DNA of 64,000 nucleotides, taken from contig OY970320.1 of NCBI GenBank assembly GCA_963716745.1, positions 1,664,001-1,728,000 on the forward strand. Direction: 5' to 3'. Within the stretch, counting starts at the first letter, position 1, and each line of letters starts with the position of its first letter. A program made the translations under genes and the position numbers. Positions 28,836 to 38,920 of the stretch are shown piece after piece. The notes under the pieces were generated by a model. That model was not told the origin of the DNA, did not search any database, and saw only the letters and a program-made list of their open reading frames with translations. Source of the DNA: an uncultured Gemmatimonadaceae bacterium. GTDB taxonomy: Bacteria > Gemmatimonadota > Gemmatimonadetes > Gemmatimonadales > Gemmatimonadaceae.

Positions 28836-28938
28836 GGCCGCGAAATGTAGCGTCGCCGCGCCGCGCGCGCGTCTTGACCGCGCGATGTCCGGGGCTACGT
28901 TCACGCGGCAGCACGTCACAATCCTCTCGGAGCGATCC

Positions 28939-30764
28939 ATGCGTTTCAACGTCATCACCCCCGTTCTCCTCGCCGCCGCGCTTCTCGCGCCGCCGGCCGC
29001 CGCCCAACAGCCCGCGAACGAAGACTGGGCCGCGCGTTTCAACGCGCTCGCCGCCGCCAAGGGGCAGTCCGCCGACAGCGTGCGTCTCCACCAGCTGTTC
29101 GCGCTCGATTGGGAGAAATCGAACATCGAGCACCCCGAGTTCGCGACGTACACCGGCTATCCCGGCCAGAACGGCCGCTGGACGGACAATTCACTCGACG
29201 CCATCGCGCGGCGGAAGCAGGAGGCGAAGCTGCCGCTCGCCGTGATCAATTCGATCGACCGCGCGGCGCTCTCCTCGGCCGACCAGTTGAACTACGATCT
29301 GTACAAGAAGGATGTTGTCGACGGCATCGAGGGGCAGCGGTTCCCCGGCGAGTATCTCGCGATCTCGCAGCGCGGCGGACCGCAGGGGCTCGCCGAGACG
29401 CTGGCCGACAATCCGAACGCCACCGTCGCGGACTATGAGAACATCCTGTCGCGGCTGAACGGCATCCCCACGGTGCTCGACCAAGCGACGGTGCTGCTGC
29501 AGAAGGGGCTCGCCGCCAAGGTCACCTGGCCGCGCATCACGCTCCGCAATGTGCCGAAGCAGATCCAGGATCTGATCCCCGATGATCCGATGAAGAGCCC
29601 GCTGCTCACGCCCTTCAAGAAGTTCACGATCGGCATCCCGGCGGCGGATCAGGAGCGCCTGCGCGCCGCCGCGGTGAGCGCGTACACCGCGAAAGTGAAG
29701 CCGGCCTACCAGAAGTTCCACGACTACCTCGAGAAGACCTACGTGCCGGGCACGCGCGAGTCGATCGCGATGAGCGCGCTCCCGGATGGCGATGCGTGGT
29801 ACGCGTACAACGTGCGGATGGAGACCACTACCGACCGTACGCCCAAACAGATCTTCGACATCGGGATGTCCGAGGTGAAGCGCATCCACGCGCTGATGGA
29901 CAGCGTGATCGCGTCCACCGGATTCAAGGGATCGTTCGCCGATTTCGTGCAATACCTGCGCACCGATCCAAAGTTCTACTACACCGACTCCGCGAGTCTC
30001 GTGCAGGGCTATCGCGACATCGACAAACGCATCGATCCGAACCTCGTGAAGCTCTTCGGCAAACTGCCGCGTCTCACGTACGGCGTGGGCACGATCCCGA
30101 ATTACATCGCACCGTCGGCCACCACCGCCTACTACCAGCCGGGCGCGCCCAAGGCGCCGCGGGCGGGCTACTTCATGGTGAACACGTACCAGCTCAACGC
30201 GCGCCCCAAATGGGAGATGGAAGCGCTCACGCTGCACGAGTCGGTGCCGGGGCACCATTTGCAGATCGCGCTCGCGCAGGAGCAGGAGAACGTGCCCGAG
30301 TTCCGCCGCTATGGCGGCTACACGGCGTTCGTGGAAGGCTGGGCACTCTACGGCGAGAGCCTTGGCCCCGACCTCGGCATGTACCAGGATCCATACTCGA
30401 AGTTCGGCCAGCTCACCTACGAGATGTGGCGCGCCGTGCGTCTCGTGGTCGATACCGGGCATGCATCAGTTCGGCTGGTCGCGCCAGCAGGCGATCGACT
30501 TCTTCACCGCGAACACGGCGAAGACGAATCGCGACATCATCGTCGAGATCGACCGCTACATCTCCGACCCGGCGCAGGCGCTCGCGTACAAGACGGGCGA
30601 ACTGAAGATCAAGGAACTTCGCGCCTACGCCCAGACGCGAACTCGGCGCGAAGTTCAACATCCGCGAATTCCACGACCAGGTGCTGGGGCAGGGGGCGAT
30701 TCCGCTGAGCTTGCTGGAATCGCACATCAAGGAATGGGTTGCCTGGAGGAAGGCACAAGTCTGA
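28939..30764 (+). CDS. DUF885 family secreted metallopeptidase-like protein; +1 frameshifts ~30459 and ~30637
   Basis: Signal peptide; HESVPGHH, EGWALY, RAVRLVVDTG, EIDRY..PAQALAYKTG, REFHD. Confidence 0.9.
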
Positions 30765-30859
30765 ACCGCAGACCTAGACGCTAGACCTAGACGCTAGAAT
30801 GCCACTGCGCGAGTCGTAGTTGCATTCTAGCGTCTAGGTCTAGCGTCTAGGTCTGTCGT
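30764..30859. repeat. (CTAGACG/C)n palindromic element, copy B
   Basis: Perfect 34-bp inverted repeat 30769-30802/30822-30855; begins with AACCGC overlapping the stop. Confidence 0.92.
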
Positions 30860-30930
30860 TTCGACTCCTAACAATTCGAGGCCGCAGGCGCCAAAATAGA
30901 GACATTCTCAGTCTCTTCGGAGCCCGCCCA

Positions 30931-33900
30931 ATGCCAGCTCGATCCAACGTTCTCATCGCGTGCGCGCTCCTCGCGCTCGCGTCATCCGCGTCCGCCCAAG
31001 CCTCGCCTGTCGATGGCGACACCTTCGACACCACCGCCTTCAGTGCGCTCAAGTGGCGCGAGATCGGGCCCTTCCGCGGTGGCCGCTCGGTGGCCGTCGC
31101 GGGATCCGCCGCGCGCGTCGCCGAATTCTGGATGGGCACAACCGGAGGCGGCGTCTTCAAGAGCCCCGATGGCGGCGACACATGGTTGCCGAGCGGGGAG
31201 AAGTATTTCGGCGGCACCATCGGCGCGATCGGCGTGAGCGAGTCGAACCCCGACATCGTGTACGTGGGCACGGGCGAGTGGGGGATCCGTGGCAACGTCT
31301 CGGCCGGTGATGGCGTGTGGAAGACCACCGACAATGGGAAGACGTGGACGCATGTGGGCATCGAGAGAGCCGGCCAGATCTCGCGCGTGCGCGTGCATCC
31401 CACGAATCCCGATATCGTCTACGCCGCCGTGCTCGGACATGCGTACGGCCCGAGCGCCGACCGCGGCGTGTTCAAGAGCACCGACGGCGGGAAGACGTGG
31501 CGCAAAGTGTTGTTCCGGAACGATTCCACGGGAGCCGCGGACCTGATCATGGATCCAACGAACCCGGACGTTCTCTACGCGTCGCTGTGGCAGGCGGGGC
31601 GCAAACCGTGGCAGCTGGTGTCGGGCGGCGCGGGGAGCGGGTTGTTCAAGAGCACCGACGCGGGCGAGCACTGGACGGAGCTCACGAAGAACGCGGGGCT
31701 GCCGAGCGGGCTGATCGGCAAGATCGGCATCGCGGTGTCGGCGGCGAAGCCGATGCGTGTCACCACCATCATCGAGAACTCGGCGGCGGGCGGCGTGTAC
31801 CGCTCCGACGATGGCGGCGCGACGTGGCGCTACATCAACGGCGATCACAAGCTGCGCGAGCGCGCGTGGTACTACACGATGATCTACGCCGACGCGAAGA
31901 ACGCGGACGTGCTGTACGCGCCGAACGTCGGACTGTACAAGAGCACCGACGGCGGCGTCACGTGGCGCTGGCTGCAGGAGCCGCACGGCGACAATCATGA
32001 TTTCTGGGTCGCGAGTAACGATCCGCAGCGGATGATCCAGTCGAGCGACGGCGGCGCGAGCGTGTCGTATAACGGCGGCAAGACGTGGTCGCTGCAGGAT
32101 TACGCGACGGCGCAGTTCTATCACGTGTCCACGACGAATCACTTCCCGTACCGCGTGTGCGGCGCGCAGCAGGACAACAGTGCGATGTGCGGACCGAGCC
32201 GGTACGCCGGCGGCATCCCGTTCGATCAGTGGTACGATCCGGGCGGGGGCGAGTCGGGCTACATCGAGGCCAAGCCGGATGAGCCGGACATCACCTTCGG
32301 CGGCGACAACAGCGGCCTGCTCACGCGCAAAGACCACCGCACGGATTTCCTGCGCATCGTGAACGTGTGGCCGAACAGTCCGGACGGGCACGCGGCCGCG
32401 GAGAGCCGCTACCGCTTCCAGTGGACGGCGCCGATCCTGATCTCGCCGCACAATCCGAACGTCGTGTACACGGGCGGGAATGTGGTGTTCAAGACTACGG
32501 ACCAGGGGCAGAGCTGGACCGCGATCTCTCCCGATCTCACGCGCAACGATCCGAAGACGACGGTCACATCCGGCGGACCGATCACGCACGACCAGACGAC
32601 CGCCGAGTTCTATGCCACAGTGTTCACCATCGCGGAGTCGTTCAAGAAGGAAGGCGTGCTGTGGGCGGGATCGGATGACGGTCTCATCCACGTGACCGTG
32701 GATGGCGGCAAGCACTGGACGAAAGTGACGCCGACGGGCTTCGGCGATTTCACCCGCGTGTCGCTCATCGAGGCGGGGCACTTTGGCGAAGGTACGGCGT
32801 ACGTGGCCGCGAACCGCTATCAGTTGCAGGATGATGCGCCGCTGATCTACAAGACCAACGACTTCGGCCGCACGTGGACGAAGATCGTCACCGGCATCCC
32901 GGCCACGGAATTCGTGCGGAGCGTGCGCGAGGATCCGGTGCGGAAGGGGCTGCTCTTCGCGTCCACGGAGAAAACGGTATACGTGAGCTTCGATGATGGC
33001 GCGCACTGGCGTTCGCTCAAGCGAAATCTCCCGTGGGTGCCGGTGCACGATCTCGCGATCAAGGGCGCGGACCTCGTGGCGGCGACGCATGGGCGTTCGT
33101 TCTGGATCATGGATGACATCACGCCGCTGCGGATGATGACGCCGGCCACGGTGGCCGCGTCGCCGCGCGTGTACGCGCCGATCGATGCGTACCGCATCCA
33201 ATGGGGCCAGGTGTCCGAGACGCAGCCGCCGTCGCAGCCGCTGGGGATGAACCCGTCGAGTGGCGCGATCATCTACTACACGCTGGCCTCCGCGGGCCAG
33301 ACGGTGACGGTCGACATCCTGGATGAGAAGGGGAAGACGATCCGCTCGTTCGCGAGCGGCATGGACTCGCTCGCTCGCGCGGACAGTCTGCTCAAGGAGA
33401 CGGTGAAGGCCGCGATGGCCGACAGCATCCGCAAGACGGGCGCTGTGCCCGACACCGCCGCGCTCTCGGACGCGGTGGCCGGCTTCGACAACGAGTTCAA
33501 TCCGCCGTGGCCGCAGCGCGTGCCGCCGGAACCGCGCGCGCCGGACAAAGCGGGGCTCAACAAGTTCGCCTGGAACATGAACTACCCCGACGCGCGGCAG
33601 TTCACCGGCGCGTTGGGGATGTACAGCACGGGCCCGATGGCGCTGGCCGGATCCTACTGGGTGCGAGTGACGGCGAACGGCAAGTCGGACTCCGCGCGCT
33701 TCACGCTCGTGAACGATCCGCGCATCAAGGTGAGCGCGGAGGATCTCAAGGCGCAGTTCGATTTCGAGATGAAAGTGCGCGACACCGTATCGGCCGGCGT
33801 GACCGCGCTGCTCACGGTGCGCAACGTGCGCTCGCAGCTCGCCGATCGCATGGCGAAGATGAAGCCGGCCGACACCGCGGCGGTCGCCGCTGCCGCGAAG

Positions 33901-34227
33901 TCACTGCTCGCGCGCATGGCGACGGTGGAACAAACGCTCTATGAGACGCGGATGCGCTCCGACGAGGACAATCTCGTCTACGCACCGGGCCTGCTCGAGC
34001 GCACGAGCAGTCTCGGCGGGATGGCGTCGTCGATGCCCGCCCGGCCGACGAATCAGATGGTGGAAGTGTTCAACGATTTCGCTCCGCAGATCGCCAAGCA
34101 GTTGAACGATCTCAAGAGTGCGCTCGCGAGCGACCTGCCGAGAGTGAACGACGCACTCAAGAAGGCGGGCGCGGCGCCGGTCGTGGCGAGTTCGGTGGAT
34201 GTCATGATTCCGGCGCGATCGTTCTGA
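30931..34227 (+). CDS. Secreted BNR/Asp-box (VPS10-like) beta-propeller glycosyl hydrolase-like protein
   Basis: Signal peptide, WREIGPFRGGR, many (S/T)xDGGxTW Asp-boxes. Confidence 0.9.
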   Translation: MPARSNVLIACALLALASSASAQASPVDGDTFDTTAFSALKWREIGPFRGGRSVAVAGSAARVAEFWMGTTGGGVFKSPDGGDTWLPSGEKYFGGTIGAIGVSESNPDIVYVGTGEWGIRGNVSAGDGVWKTTDNGKTWTHVGIERAGQISRVRVHPTNPDIVYAAVLGHAYGPSADRGVFKSTDGGKTWRKVLFRNDSTGAADLIMDPTNPDVLYASLWQAGRKPWQLVSGGAGSGLFKSTDAGEHWTELTKNAGLPSGLIGKIGIAVSAAKPMRVTTIIENSAAGGVYRSDDGGATWRYINGDHKLRERAWYYTMIYADAKNADVLYAPNVGLYKSTDGGVTWRWLQEPHGDNHDFWVASNDPQRMIQSSDGGASVSYNGGKTWSLQDYATAQFYHVSTTNHFPYRVCGAQQDNSAMCGPSRYAGGIPFDQWYDPGGGESGYIEAKPDEPDITFGGDNSGLLTRKDHRTDFLRIVNVWPNSPDGHAAAESRYRFQWTAPILISPHNPNVVYTGGNVVFKTTDQGQSWTAISPDLTRNDPKTTVTSGGPITHDQTTAEFYATVFTIAESFKKEGVLWAGSDDGLIHVTVDGGKHWTKVTPTGFGDFTRVSLIEAGHFGEGTAYVAANRYQLQDDAPLIYKTNDFGRTWTKIVTGIPATEFVRSVREDPVRKGLLFASTEKTVYVSFDDGAHWRSLKRNLPWVPVHDLAIKGADLVAATHGRSFWIMDDITPLRMMTPATVAASPRVYAPIDAYRIQWGQVSETQPPSQPLGMNPSSGAIIYYTLASAGQTVTVDILDEKGKTIRSFASGMDSLARADSLLKETVKAAMADSIRKTGAVPDTAALSDAVAGFDNEFNPPWPQRVPPEPRAPDKAGLNKFAWNMNYPDARQFTGALGMYSTGPMALAGSYWVRVTANGKSDSARFTLVNDPRIKVSAEDLKAQFDFEMKVRDTVSAGVTALLTVRNVRSQLADRMAKMKPADTAAVAAAAKSLLARMATVEQTLYETRMRSDEDNLVYAPGLLERTSSLGGMASSMPARPTNQMVEVFNDFAPQIAKQLNDLKSALASDLPRVNDALKKAGAAPVVASSVDVMIPARSF

Positions 34228-34304
34228 ACTACAGACTGAATCCTTGGAAAGCGGACTGTCGGCTGTTGGCTGTCGCCTGCAACAGCCGACAGCCGACAGT
34301 CTGC
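34227..34304. repeat. (GGCTGTC)n palindromic element, copy B
   Basis: Near-identical to 20322-20375; AACTAC overlaps the upstream stop. Confidence 0.9.
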
Positions 34305-36659
34305 ATTCTGACGTCCAAGGTCACCACCCCTTCAAGCGCCATCCAGATCAACGGATACATCGCCATACTCTGCCCTCTGAACTGCGGGCCGAAAGCCGAA
34401 GAGGATGACATGCCCCGCGCCTTCATGCACATCCACGAGCGCGGCCTTGCCGCGAAGTTTATCGCCGCCTAACAGCCAGCCTGAGGCGAGCGGGTCCTGC
34501 TCGAGCGGATAGAGCGCGACCACCGTTGCGCGCGTCGTGTCCGTCACCTCGAAGGCGGGGCTGTGCTCGAACCACGCCACCGGATGCGCCGTCATCAGCT
34601 TCGCGAGCGGATGATTGCGATCGACGTACACCGTGAGCAGCGAACCGGGCGAGTAGAACTCGCGCGACGGGATCCCCATGAGCACATCGCGCACCGGGAG
34701 ATCCAGCGCCGTGATCGCCCAGCGGCTCGCATCGTTGAAGGTGACGACCGTGCCGCCGGCGGCGACGAATTCCTTGAGCGCCGCGGCGCCGATCTCGCCA
34801 ATGCCGCCGGTGAGTGAATCGGGGTAGGTCTCATCCGTCGCGCCGTCGCGGATCTCACGCGGCGACTGATCGGGGATGATGATCACGTCGTAGCGCGCGC
34901 GCAGCGCGCCGGCGCGCACTTCGGCATTCACGATCGAGCGGAAGGGGATCTTGTATTCATCGAACAGGAATCGCGTCCAGCCTTCGTCGATCGCGCCCGC
35001 GTAGCTGCGATAGATGCCAATGCGGCGTGCCGACGAACCCGAGAGCCCGGGCACTTCGAGGATCGGTTCGCTCACCGGTGCGATGATCTCGCCCACGGGC
35101 ACCGGGAAGGAATCCGCGGCTGCGACGCCCACACCCATGAGCAGCGGCAGCGTGTGTGCGGTCACGTCGTACGGCTCGCGCGGCGGACCGCCGGGATATT
35201 CGCGCATGTCGGGGTAGTGCTGCACTTCGAGCAGCGCCTTCGCGAAGCCGCCGTACGGTTGCGCCGTGAGCACCACGTACGTTCCCGCCGAATACTTCAC
35301 GTTGTTCACCGCGAAGGGCGCCGTGGCGCGCCGGATCTCGACGCCGCCGCGCTGCAGGATGCGGATGAGCGTGCGGAGCGGCGCTTGGTCGGGCTGCTGC
35401 ATGGGGATCACGAACGCCGCGGGCCACTTCTCGCGGCCGGCGGCTCGCTTCCCTTCCACCGCGCGCTCGGCGACGCGCGCGAAGCTCTCCATCCACATCG
35501 CACGCGCGCGCGACGCGTTCGCGAGTAGCGCCCACGTGGCGCTCGTCTGGTAGTCCACGATGTTGGCGAGCGTCCAGCGCCCGCCGGGCCATGGCGCGAG
35601 GAAATTCCAGGTGGCCGTGCGCGCATCGTAGCCGCGCCCCTCGCGCAGCGAGTCGAACGGGACGTCCATCGGCGTCGCGAGCTTCGCCGATGCGGTCTCG
35701 GTGAGCAAGCGCACGCCACCGTGATAGTGCGAGTACGCGCGTGCGGGGGTCCACGCGTCGTAGATGGCGTTCGTGGCGATGCCGGTCTTCCCTTCCACCA
35801 TGAGCCGCCACGCCATCGCGAGGCCCAGCTGGTCGAGCCCGGCGAGCAGCACGGGATCGACATTGGGCTCGAACGGGTCGAGGTAGGGCGGGATGAAGAT
35901 CCGCGAGCCGTACGACCCCTGCTGGTGGATGTCGTTCACGATCGCGGGATGCCAGCGGTTGTGCAGCGAGTCCACCGTGAGCTGCGTCTCCACCTGCGTG
36001 AAGGCGTACCAATCGCGATTGTTGTCGTGGCCGGTGTAGTGATGATAGATCTCCGGCGGATCGGTACCTTCGCTCTTCGTGCCGAGCGTGGCGCGGTACC
36101 AATCGCCCACGATGTCCACGCCGTCGGGATTGAGCGACGGCACGAGGATCACGATCGTGTTCGCGCGGATCGCGCGCGCGTCGGCGTCCTCGCTGGTCAC
36201 CAGCCGGTGCGCGAGCACGAGCGGCGTGACGATCCCGCCCACTTCGTCGGAGTGGATGCTCGATGTCACGAGCACGACGAGCTTGCCGTTCAGGATGAGC
36301 GAATCGCGCTCGTGCGCGCGGCGGAGGCGCGGATCGGCGAGCCGGCGCTGGATCTCGCGCCACTTCGGGAGGTTCGCGATGACGCTCGCATCGCCGATGA
36401 ACGCCGCGATGAACGGCCGGCCGAGCGTGGTCTTGCCGAGCGTGCGCACCGTGATGCGCGGGCTCGCGGCGTCGAGCTTCGTGAAGTACTCCACCACCTG
36501 ATCCCACGAGGGGAGCTTCCGGTCCGCGCCCGGCTCGAAGCCGAGCACCGAGGCAGGCGTGGGGATCTTCGCGGGCGCCGTCGCATGCGGCTTCGATTTC
36601 GTCTGCGCGCCCGCGGAGCTCGCGAGGAGCATGACGGCAACAAAGTGATGGAGTCTCAT
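34229..36659 (-). CDS. Secreted M14 zinc carboxypeptidase with C-terminal GATase-like domain; +1 frameshift ~34388
   Basis: IHSDE, NPDG, DNNRD, DIHQ, PYDVT, DEGWTR. GFRPQFRGQ is restored by removing one base. 3' end uncertain. Confidence 0.88.
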
Positions 36660-36674
36660 GCCCCTAATTCTGCT

Positions 36675-36906
36675 CGACTGGCATCAAGGTTCAAGTTTTG
36701 ACCGGATGCATCGGATGGAGCGGATCGATCGGATACGCCCATGCGGCGCGAGGAGTCATCCGCGCCGAGTAGAGCTGTTGTTGTGTTGTTAACAACAAGA
36801 CAAGCCGCTGCCCGGCGCGTGGCAGCCGGTGCGGCTGCAAGGAGGTATCCGATCGATCCGCTCCATCCGACGCATCCGGTCAAGATTTGAACCTTGATGC
36901 CAGTCG
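36675..36906. repeat. 232-bp MITE-like element with 62-bp inverted arms containing 9-nt CGGATnnnn repeats
   Basis: Arms 36675-36736 and 36845-36906 match at 59/62; several internal hairpins. Confidence 0.9.
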
Positions 36907-36940
36907 CGCCAAACGGAACGTCGCGAGCGCGATGTCCAAC

Positions 36941-38920
36941 TCAGATGTCCCGGATCTCGTCCGCCGCGTCGAGCACATGCCCGATCTCCTTCGACAGCGC
37001 GCGCGCTTCGATCGTCGCGCTCGTCACATCGCCGATCGCCGACTGCACGCCCGACGATCGCAGCTTGAGCAGATCGTACTTGAGATTCTGCAGCGCGATC
37101 CCCGCGCTCTCGAGCTGGCCCGCGAGCCGCGCGCGGCGCGTGCCGAGCTCGGCGAGCGATGTGCGCTGGCGCTCCAGCAATCCGAGCCGGCGTTCGTGGT
37201 CGGGACTGTTCTCCGGTTCGGACCTCACCTTCTCGATGTGTGCGTCGAGTTCGGTGAGCTTGCGTGGCGACGCATCCGCGTCGAGATCGGTGAGTAGTTG
37301 CGCGACCGCCGCGACGCGCTGTGCGAGCGCGTCCACGGTGGGAACGACGTCCGGAATGAGGTCACGGTCCGCCTTCGCGAGCGAATCTACGACGCTGAGC
37401 ACCGTTGCGCGGTCGGCCGCGGCGCGGCGCACCGCCGCGCCGTGCGGCCCCGCGAGCACCGTGGCCGATGCAAGCTTCGCAGCGAGCGTGTTCGTATCGG
37501 GCTCGGGCAGCGCAGCCGGTTGCGCGACCGCCCCGCCGTGTGCCGCCGTGGCGCGAGCGGCAGCGCGCGCCGCGGCGATGTTCTTCGCGGCTTCCGGCCC
37601 GAAGACCTGTCCCCACGTCACCCCTTCGGCCCAGAGTCGCGTCCACTGGCGCCACACGCCCATGCTGAGCGCGACGGCGGGGAAGATCACCCACGGGAAT
37701 TGGCTCGACGTGACGTAATTCACCGTCGCGAGCACGGTGAGCAAGGTCACGGTGCTCACGAGGCTGCCGCGGAATCGCATGATGCGCTCGTGCAGCGGTC
37801 GCTGGCGGAAACCCTCGATCAGATCCTGGAATCCCTCGCGCCGCAAGCGGCGCTGCTCGCGCTGCAGCAGTTTCTGCTCCTGCCGCGAGAGCGGGTACTG
37901 CAGCACCGGCACGGGCAGCGGCGGCACGCCCGGCGGGAGCGGGAGCGCGCGTCCCACCGGCTGCGCGCTCTCGCGAGCCGCGTCGTACGGAACGCGCGGC
38001 ACGGGGATGGCGGCGGGAACGAGTTGCCCCTCGCGCGCGTCACTTACGGGATGCTGCCATGGGCCGGGTTCGAGACCGGTGTCACGCGCGTCCACCGCAT
38101 CGCGGAACGCGGCGGCGGTGGGCCACCGGTCCTCCGGACGCTTGGCGAGCGAGCGGTCGATCGCCGCGGCGAGCGCGGCCGGCGCGTCAGCGCGCCGCTC
38201 GCGCACCGGCAGCGGGATCGTGCTCACGTGCTTCATCATCATCGCGGGCGTGTTACTCGCCTTGAAGGGCAGTTCGCCGGCGAGCATTTGATACCCCACC
38301 ACGCCCAGCGAATAGATGTCGCTGCGGCCGTCGAGCTCGCGTTCGCCCAGCGACTGCTCGGGCGACATGTACGCCGGCGTGCCCACCGCCACGCCCGTGA
38401 CCGTGAGCTGGCTGTCGGACTCGGCCGCGCGCGCGATGCCGAAGTCGCTCACCATCGGGCGGCCGCTCTCGGCGTCGAGCAGGATGTTGTCCGGCTTGAT
38501 GTCGCGATGGATCACGCCGTGCTGGTGCGCGTAGTACAGCGCGTCGGCCACGTCGTGCAGGATGCGGCGAGCGGCCGGCACCGTGAGGCGCGGCGTGCGC
38601 GCGAGCAGGCTCGCGAGACTTTCGCCCTCGACGAGCGCCATCACGAAATACACGAGGCCGTTGCGCTCATCCACCGCGTAGATCGGCACGATGTTCGGAT
38701 GCGAGAGACGCGCCGCCATCTCGGCTTCGCGCTGGAAGCGGCGGCGCACGTCCTCGCGGAAGGCGAACTCGGGCGGCAGCACTTTGATCGCCACCTTCCG
38801 GCGCAGCCGCCGGTCCATCGCCCGGTAGACCACCGCCATCCCGCCGCGACCGATCTCCGCCTGGATCTCGTACTGCTCGCCGACCGCTGCGACCGCGCGA
38901 TCGCGCATCGGGTCGGTCAC
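36941..38920 (-). CDS. Hanks-type Ser/Thr kinase with 2TM and C-terminal helical domain (copy 2)
   Basis: IGRGGMA, VAIK, HRDIKPDN, DFG, GTPAYMSPEQ; GTGA overlap with the upstream kinase. Confidence 0.92.
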   Translation of the reverse strand: MTDPMRDRAVAAVGEQYEIQAEIGRGGMAVVYRAMDRRLRRKVAIKVLPPEFAFREDVRRRFQREAEMAARLSHPNIVPIYAVDERNGLVYFVMALVEGESLASLLARTPRLTVPAARRILHDVADALYYAHQHGVIHRDIKPDNILLDAESGRPMVSDFGIARAAESDSQLTVTGVAVGTPAYMSPEQSLGERELDGRSDIYSLGVVGYQMLAGELPFKASNTPAMMMKHVSTIPLPVRERRADAPAALAAAIDRSLAKRPEDRWPTAAAFRDAVDARDTGLEPGPWQHPVSDAREGQLVPAAIPVPRVPYDAARESAQPVGRALPLPPGVPPLPVPVLQYPLSRQEQKLLQREQRRLRREGFQDLIEGFRQRPLHERIMRFRGSLVSTVTLLTVLATVNYVTSSQFPWVIFPAVALSMGVWRQWTRLWAEGVTWGQVFGPEAAKNIAAARAAARATAAHGGAVAQPAALPEPDTNTLAAKLASATVLAGPHGAAVRRAAADRATVLSVVDSLAKADRDLIPDVVPTVDALAQRVAAVAQLLTDLDADASPRKLTELDAHIEKVRSEPENSPDHERRLGLLERQRTSLAELGTRRARLAGQLESAGIALQNLKYDLLKLRSSGVQSAIGDVTSATIEARALSKEIGHVLDAADEIRDI

